Below are positions 51,031 through 64,000 of a stretch of DNA of 64,000 nt, piece after piece (position 1 is the first letter of the stretch; each line of letters begins with the position of its first letter). A program made the translations under genes and the position numbers. The notes beneath the pieces are model-generated. The model made no database searches. It saw nothing but the letters and a program-made list of their open reading frames with translations, and was not told the origin of the DNA. Source of the stretch: Macrostomum lignano (lineage: Eukaryota); assembly GCA_002269645.1 (NCBI GenBank), contig NIVC01002771.1:1-64000 (forward strand), written 5' to 3'.

Positions 51031-53299
51031 GAGAAGGTCTTCAAATTTCACGAGCCCAAAGCAGATCGAATCGATCAGAGCAAAAAGCGACATTGCAGCG
51101 ATGCAGAGACGGCAGAGCAGAGCAGGTGACTTGCCTGTCCTTGCAACTGCAGCCAAGTCCAAGTCTGGCACCTGTGCATAGCCAGGCACGGCCCCCTGCG
51201 CGTGAAAGAAGTCCTGTGTTGAAGCCCCCCTCCCAGTCGGACTCACAGACGGCAGCACACACAGACAGGGGATAAAAAGCACACAAAGTGAGTTGCTAAT
51301 TAGGGGATCCACTCTGCCGCATCACTGCAGGTCTGGGAGTTGATTTTTGTTTTGGAGATCCCTCGCGAGGAAGGAGAGGATAAATTAAGCATGAAGCGAT
51401 CAGAAAAAGCTGTCTTTCTGGATTGGGGATGCAGGATCTCTTAAATTGGGATTCCGATGCAAACGATGTGGAAGCCAAAAGGGGAAGATGGAGAGGATAG
51501 AGGGGTTTGAGCGTCTGGGAGGCAAAAGATTCTGCTTGGAGGGCCGCGCGCCACACGACTTCTCCCAAAGAGGCATGGGAGTCCGCCCAGCTGCAGCAGC
51601 GGCGGCAGCGGCGGCAGCAAGAGCCGCTTTTTTCCCGTGCGCAGCAGCGGTCCCCCGCGGCGCAAAAGAAGGAAGAAGCAAAATCGGCTGAATGATAGCC
51701 ATAATCCCATAACCCTAATTATCTTGAAGATGAGCGTGAAAAAAAGTTATTTTCTGCATGTTGCAAACTGAATGTCACACAGTTGAGTCGAAATCAAATG
51801 CGCAGCACGACAGCACAGGACAGACAATTATGAATTATTATTTCTTCGAGTCCTAAGGGAATTGTTGGGTGAAGATTCATTCACCGCAATGCCGGCATTC
51901 GCGGTTGCTATGCAAGGCTTGGAAATGCAAAGTTTTCTTAGTTTAAAAAATTAAACATAAAAATAAACAATAGCTTGCATTTTCCCGCATTTTGAAATGA
52001 ATATTTCATTGTTACTATACATGGGCATTGTTCCATGATTCCATGAGTCAAGTTTATGTGGTTGAATAATTTGGGAAGATTTTTCATTTTTTTCGCGTCC
52101 TTTGGGTCTCAATTGATGGAATGTATCGAAGATCACAGTCGAAGTGTAGAGTAAGGATGTTCCCCCATAGAATGCTTCATCATATAGTAGGCCTATAATT
52201 CCAGAATCCTTTGCCCAGCTTCCTTAACCCGCTGTGCCCTCGCGGTGCCCTCCCACGGTGCTCTGCACACTCGAGAGTCCCCGTGCAGAGGCGACGCCGC
52301 GGGATGCTTGAGCACTAAGCGTGACTTAAATTGATGGAGACAGTATGGACCAGCTCGGCTCGAGCTTGGAGGGCGTGAGGCAAGGCCAGCTCAACTTCTA
52401 AATGAAAAAAGATGAAGGAATTGTTAATATTCGGGCTTCCCGTTAACCCCGCGAGTCCGTGCCACACCCTCCCATAGGCCACAGACACTTTCCCAGCCTC
52501 TCTTATCCTCTCTTCATCATCATTGTCTCCGCATCAGTTGCGATCCCCCTCACCTCGAACCTCATTGTCTGGCGACCCCCTTGGCCCCACCCATAGCCCA
52601 TCCCGCCACTGAGGTCCGCTGACTCCCCTTCAACCCCCCCTCAGCCGGACCGCCTGTGGATTCGTTGAAATCCCGCGGACAGTGCAACAATGTCGCAGAG
52701 CCTCGTGGAAAAAAATAGAGTTTAGCAACAAATCCTTCTCACAATGCCTCGCTTCCCATAACGGAACTCACTATACGAGTATTCCGTGAAGAGGTAATGC
52801 TCAGTGCATATACAACAGCCTCTTATCTATTCAGATGTTTAAAGTTCGTTTAAAATCATGTGAGCAACCCCCGGTCCCCAGAGCGGATGCCACTCGCCTG
52901 TTATGGTAGTGCACCTTAGCGACTGCTAATTAATTCCCTGATTAAGCGAGCCAATCAAACTGTTTCTCCATGAGAGTGAATAACGACAGAGGCTATAGAT
53001 TCAAAGAAAAAACTGCTGTTGAAGTTGCAGGTGCAACGGCCCCTCCAGACCCAGTTTGTCTGCTTCAAATTTCTTTTGTTTTGGGACAAAGTAATCGTGT
53101 TCTTCGCTTTAAATCTAATCTATCGAGAGTGAGATTGGATCTGTGATAATCTATTTAGATTGAGATGAAATTGATGAGACTATATCGAAAGTGAGAGGAC
53201 ATCTCTGAGACACTGGATACAGTGAGATGAGATCTCTGAGGCATTGGATAGAAAGTGAGATCTCGGAGACATGGGTCATGAGATACAGTGAGATGAGAT

Positions 53300-54462
53300 T
53301 GAGATCTCTGAGACACAGGAAGCAGTGGAGATCTCTGAGACACAGGAAGCAGTGAGAGGAGATCTCTGAGACACGGGGAGCAGTGAGAGGAGATCTCTGA
53401 GACACGGGGAGCAGTGAGAGGAGATCTCTGAGACACGGGGAGCAGTGAGAGGAGATCTCTGAGACACGGGGAGCAGTGAGAGGAGATCTCTGAGACACGG
53501 GGAGCAGTGAGAGGAGATCTCGGAGACGCGAGAAGCAGTGGAGATCTCTGAGACATGGGATACAGTGGAGATCTCTGAGACATGGGATACAGTGGAGATC
53601 TAGCTCTGAGACATGGGATACAGTGGAGATCTAGCTCTGAGACATGGGATACAGTGGAGATCTAGCTCTGAGACATGGGATACAGTGGAGATCTAGCTCT
53701 GAGACATGGGATACAGTGGAGATCTCTGAGGCATGGGATACAGTGGAGATCTCTGAGACATGGGATACAGTGGAGATCTCTGAGACATGGGATACAGTCA
53801 AGATCTCTGAGACATGGATACAGTGGAGATCTCTGAGACATGGGATACAGTGAAGATCTCTGAGACATGGGATACAGTGAAGATCTCTGAGACATGGGAT
53901 ACAGTGGAGATCTCTGATACATGGGATACAGTGGAGATCTCTGAGACATGGGATACAGTGAAGATCTCTGAGACATGGGATACAGTGGAGATCTCTGAGA
54001 CATTGGATACAGTGGAGATCTCTGAGACATGGGATACAGTGGAGATCTCTGAGACATGGGATACAGTGGAGATCTCTGAGACATGGGATACAGTGGAGAT
54101 CTCTGAGACATGGGATACAGTGGAGATCTCTGAGACATGGGATACAGTGGAGATCTCTGAGACATGGATACAGTGGAGATCTCTGAGACATGGGATACAG
54201 TGGAGATCTCTGAGACATGGGATACAGTGGAGATCTCTGAGACATGGGATACAGTGGAGATCTCTGAGACATGGGATACAGTGAAGATCTCTGAGACATG
54301 GGATACAGTGAAGATCTCTGAGACATGGGATACAGTGGAGATCTCTGATACATGGGATACAGTGGAGATCTCTGAGACATGGGATACAGTGGAGATCTCT
54401 GAGACATGGGATACAGTGAGATGAGATCTCTGAGACACGAAAAGCAGTGGAGATCTCTGAGA
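53300..54462. repeat. About 27-bp minisatellite (GAGATCTCTGAGACATGGGATACAGTG)
   Basis: Visible array. Confidence 0.96.
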
Positions 54463-54639
54463 ATCTATTGACAAGGACAGGAGAGCCCTCTAATGGTCAA
54501 TAGATGGTCTAATCTTGCTACTGATAGAAAAGCTACGGAGTCCTTCTGTACCCGTCATAAACTATTGCCAATTAGAACTTCAAAACAGCTCCACCAGCGG
54601 GAATTCGCCAAAACAGTATAACATTTGAGCATCTCTTGA

Positions 54640-54925
54640 GCAGTCAGCCAATAGGAAGGCCCAGTCTGACCGCCTCATTGGCTGCCCCGGCCGGCCCAGC
54701 GGCCCCCCTCCGATCCCCCACTGATCGCCTGGCCTCCCCCCTCCGACCCACCACCCTGCCGGTCCCAAGGCCGCACCTGCTGCGCTCCCAACATTTTCCC
54801 AAGCCAATTTTTACTCCTCTCAGTCAGGCAGTCAGCGAGTCGCGAATTCCGCTCCCGCCACCCCCCCCTGGCCCGCGGCCACCCCGCCTCCGCTAACAAT
54901 TCTCCCATTTAAAAGGCTCAGTTTA
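54640..54925 (+). promoter_or_regulatory. Candidate promoter of the NR2E gene
   Basis: GC-rich block with CCAAT boxes in both orientations (CAGCCAATAG at about 54645, CATTGGCTG at about 54678) and TTTAAAAG at about 54908, some 110 bp before the inferred ATG. Confidence 0.45.
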
Positions 54926-55025
54926 GCCACCCTCTGGGGCTCCGCATCCAAGCATCCAAATTAGTAACTCCCTGCCATTAATACAGAAGTATTAATTAAA
55001 CAATTAGCTGCCGTGAAATAAAACA

Positions 55026-63758
<8,733 letters not shown>

Positions 63759-63844
63759 CAGCCCAAAGAACGAGCGAGAGTTCGAGTACACATGCTATGA
63801 ACATGTTACAGACATAAATATACATTTAATTTGCTAACTTTACG

Positions 63845-64000
63845 CCTGACACTTGACTGACTTTGCCTGACACTACCCTCTCTGACATCAAATGACACTC
63901 TCTGACATCGACTGACGCTACCCTCTCTGACATCGACTGACACTACACTCTCTGACATCGACTGACACTACCCTCTCTGACATCAAATGACACTCTCTGA
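63845..64000. repeat. Minisatellite (CTGACACTACCCTCTCTGACATC variants) running off the window end
   Basis: Visible array. Confidence 0.85.

Overview
Eukaryotic (metazoan) genomic DNA, not prokaryotic. GT-AG introns, GC-rich low-complexity exons (poly-Ala/Gln/Gly), intronless genes with an AG acceptor just before the ATG, and about 25% simple or minisatellite repeats suggest a free-living flatworm such as Macrostomum; the taxon is inferred, not proven. Supported genes: two paralogous single-EGF transmembrane proteins with no signal peptide (4306-4656 and 13202-13657, minus strand); a U3 snoRNA (14769-14982); a two-exon neuropeptide precursor ending in KR-CRIGRLSCPIG-stop, which resembles an oxytocin/vasopressin tail with an enlarged ring and no neurophysin; an intronless CUB + C-type-lectin protein with a GPI-type tail; RPS25 followed by a small orphan type-I membrane protein; and a six-exon NR2E-family nuclear receptor (NR2E6/PNR-like, 665 aa by my splice model). 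Mobile elements include a mariner relic, Helitron-type 3' ends, a palindromic MITE, a foldback Mutator-like element with a 9-bp target duplication, a Ty3/Gypsy gag relic, a CORE-SINE, and Merlin and MULE transposase relics inside a sharply bounded CpG-depleted AT-rich island. Most long ORFs in the supplied track are read-throughs of tandem repeats. The most interesting candidates are the neuropeptide, the leaderless EGF pair and the locally hypermutated island. All calls come from visual inspection and recalled family motifs; no database searches were run.
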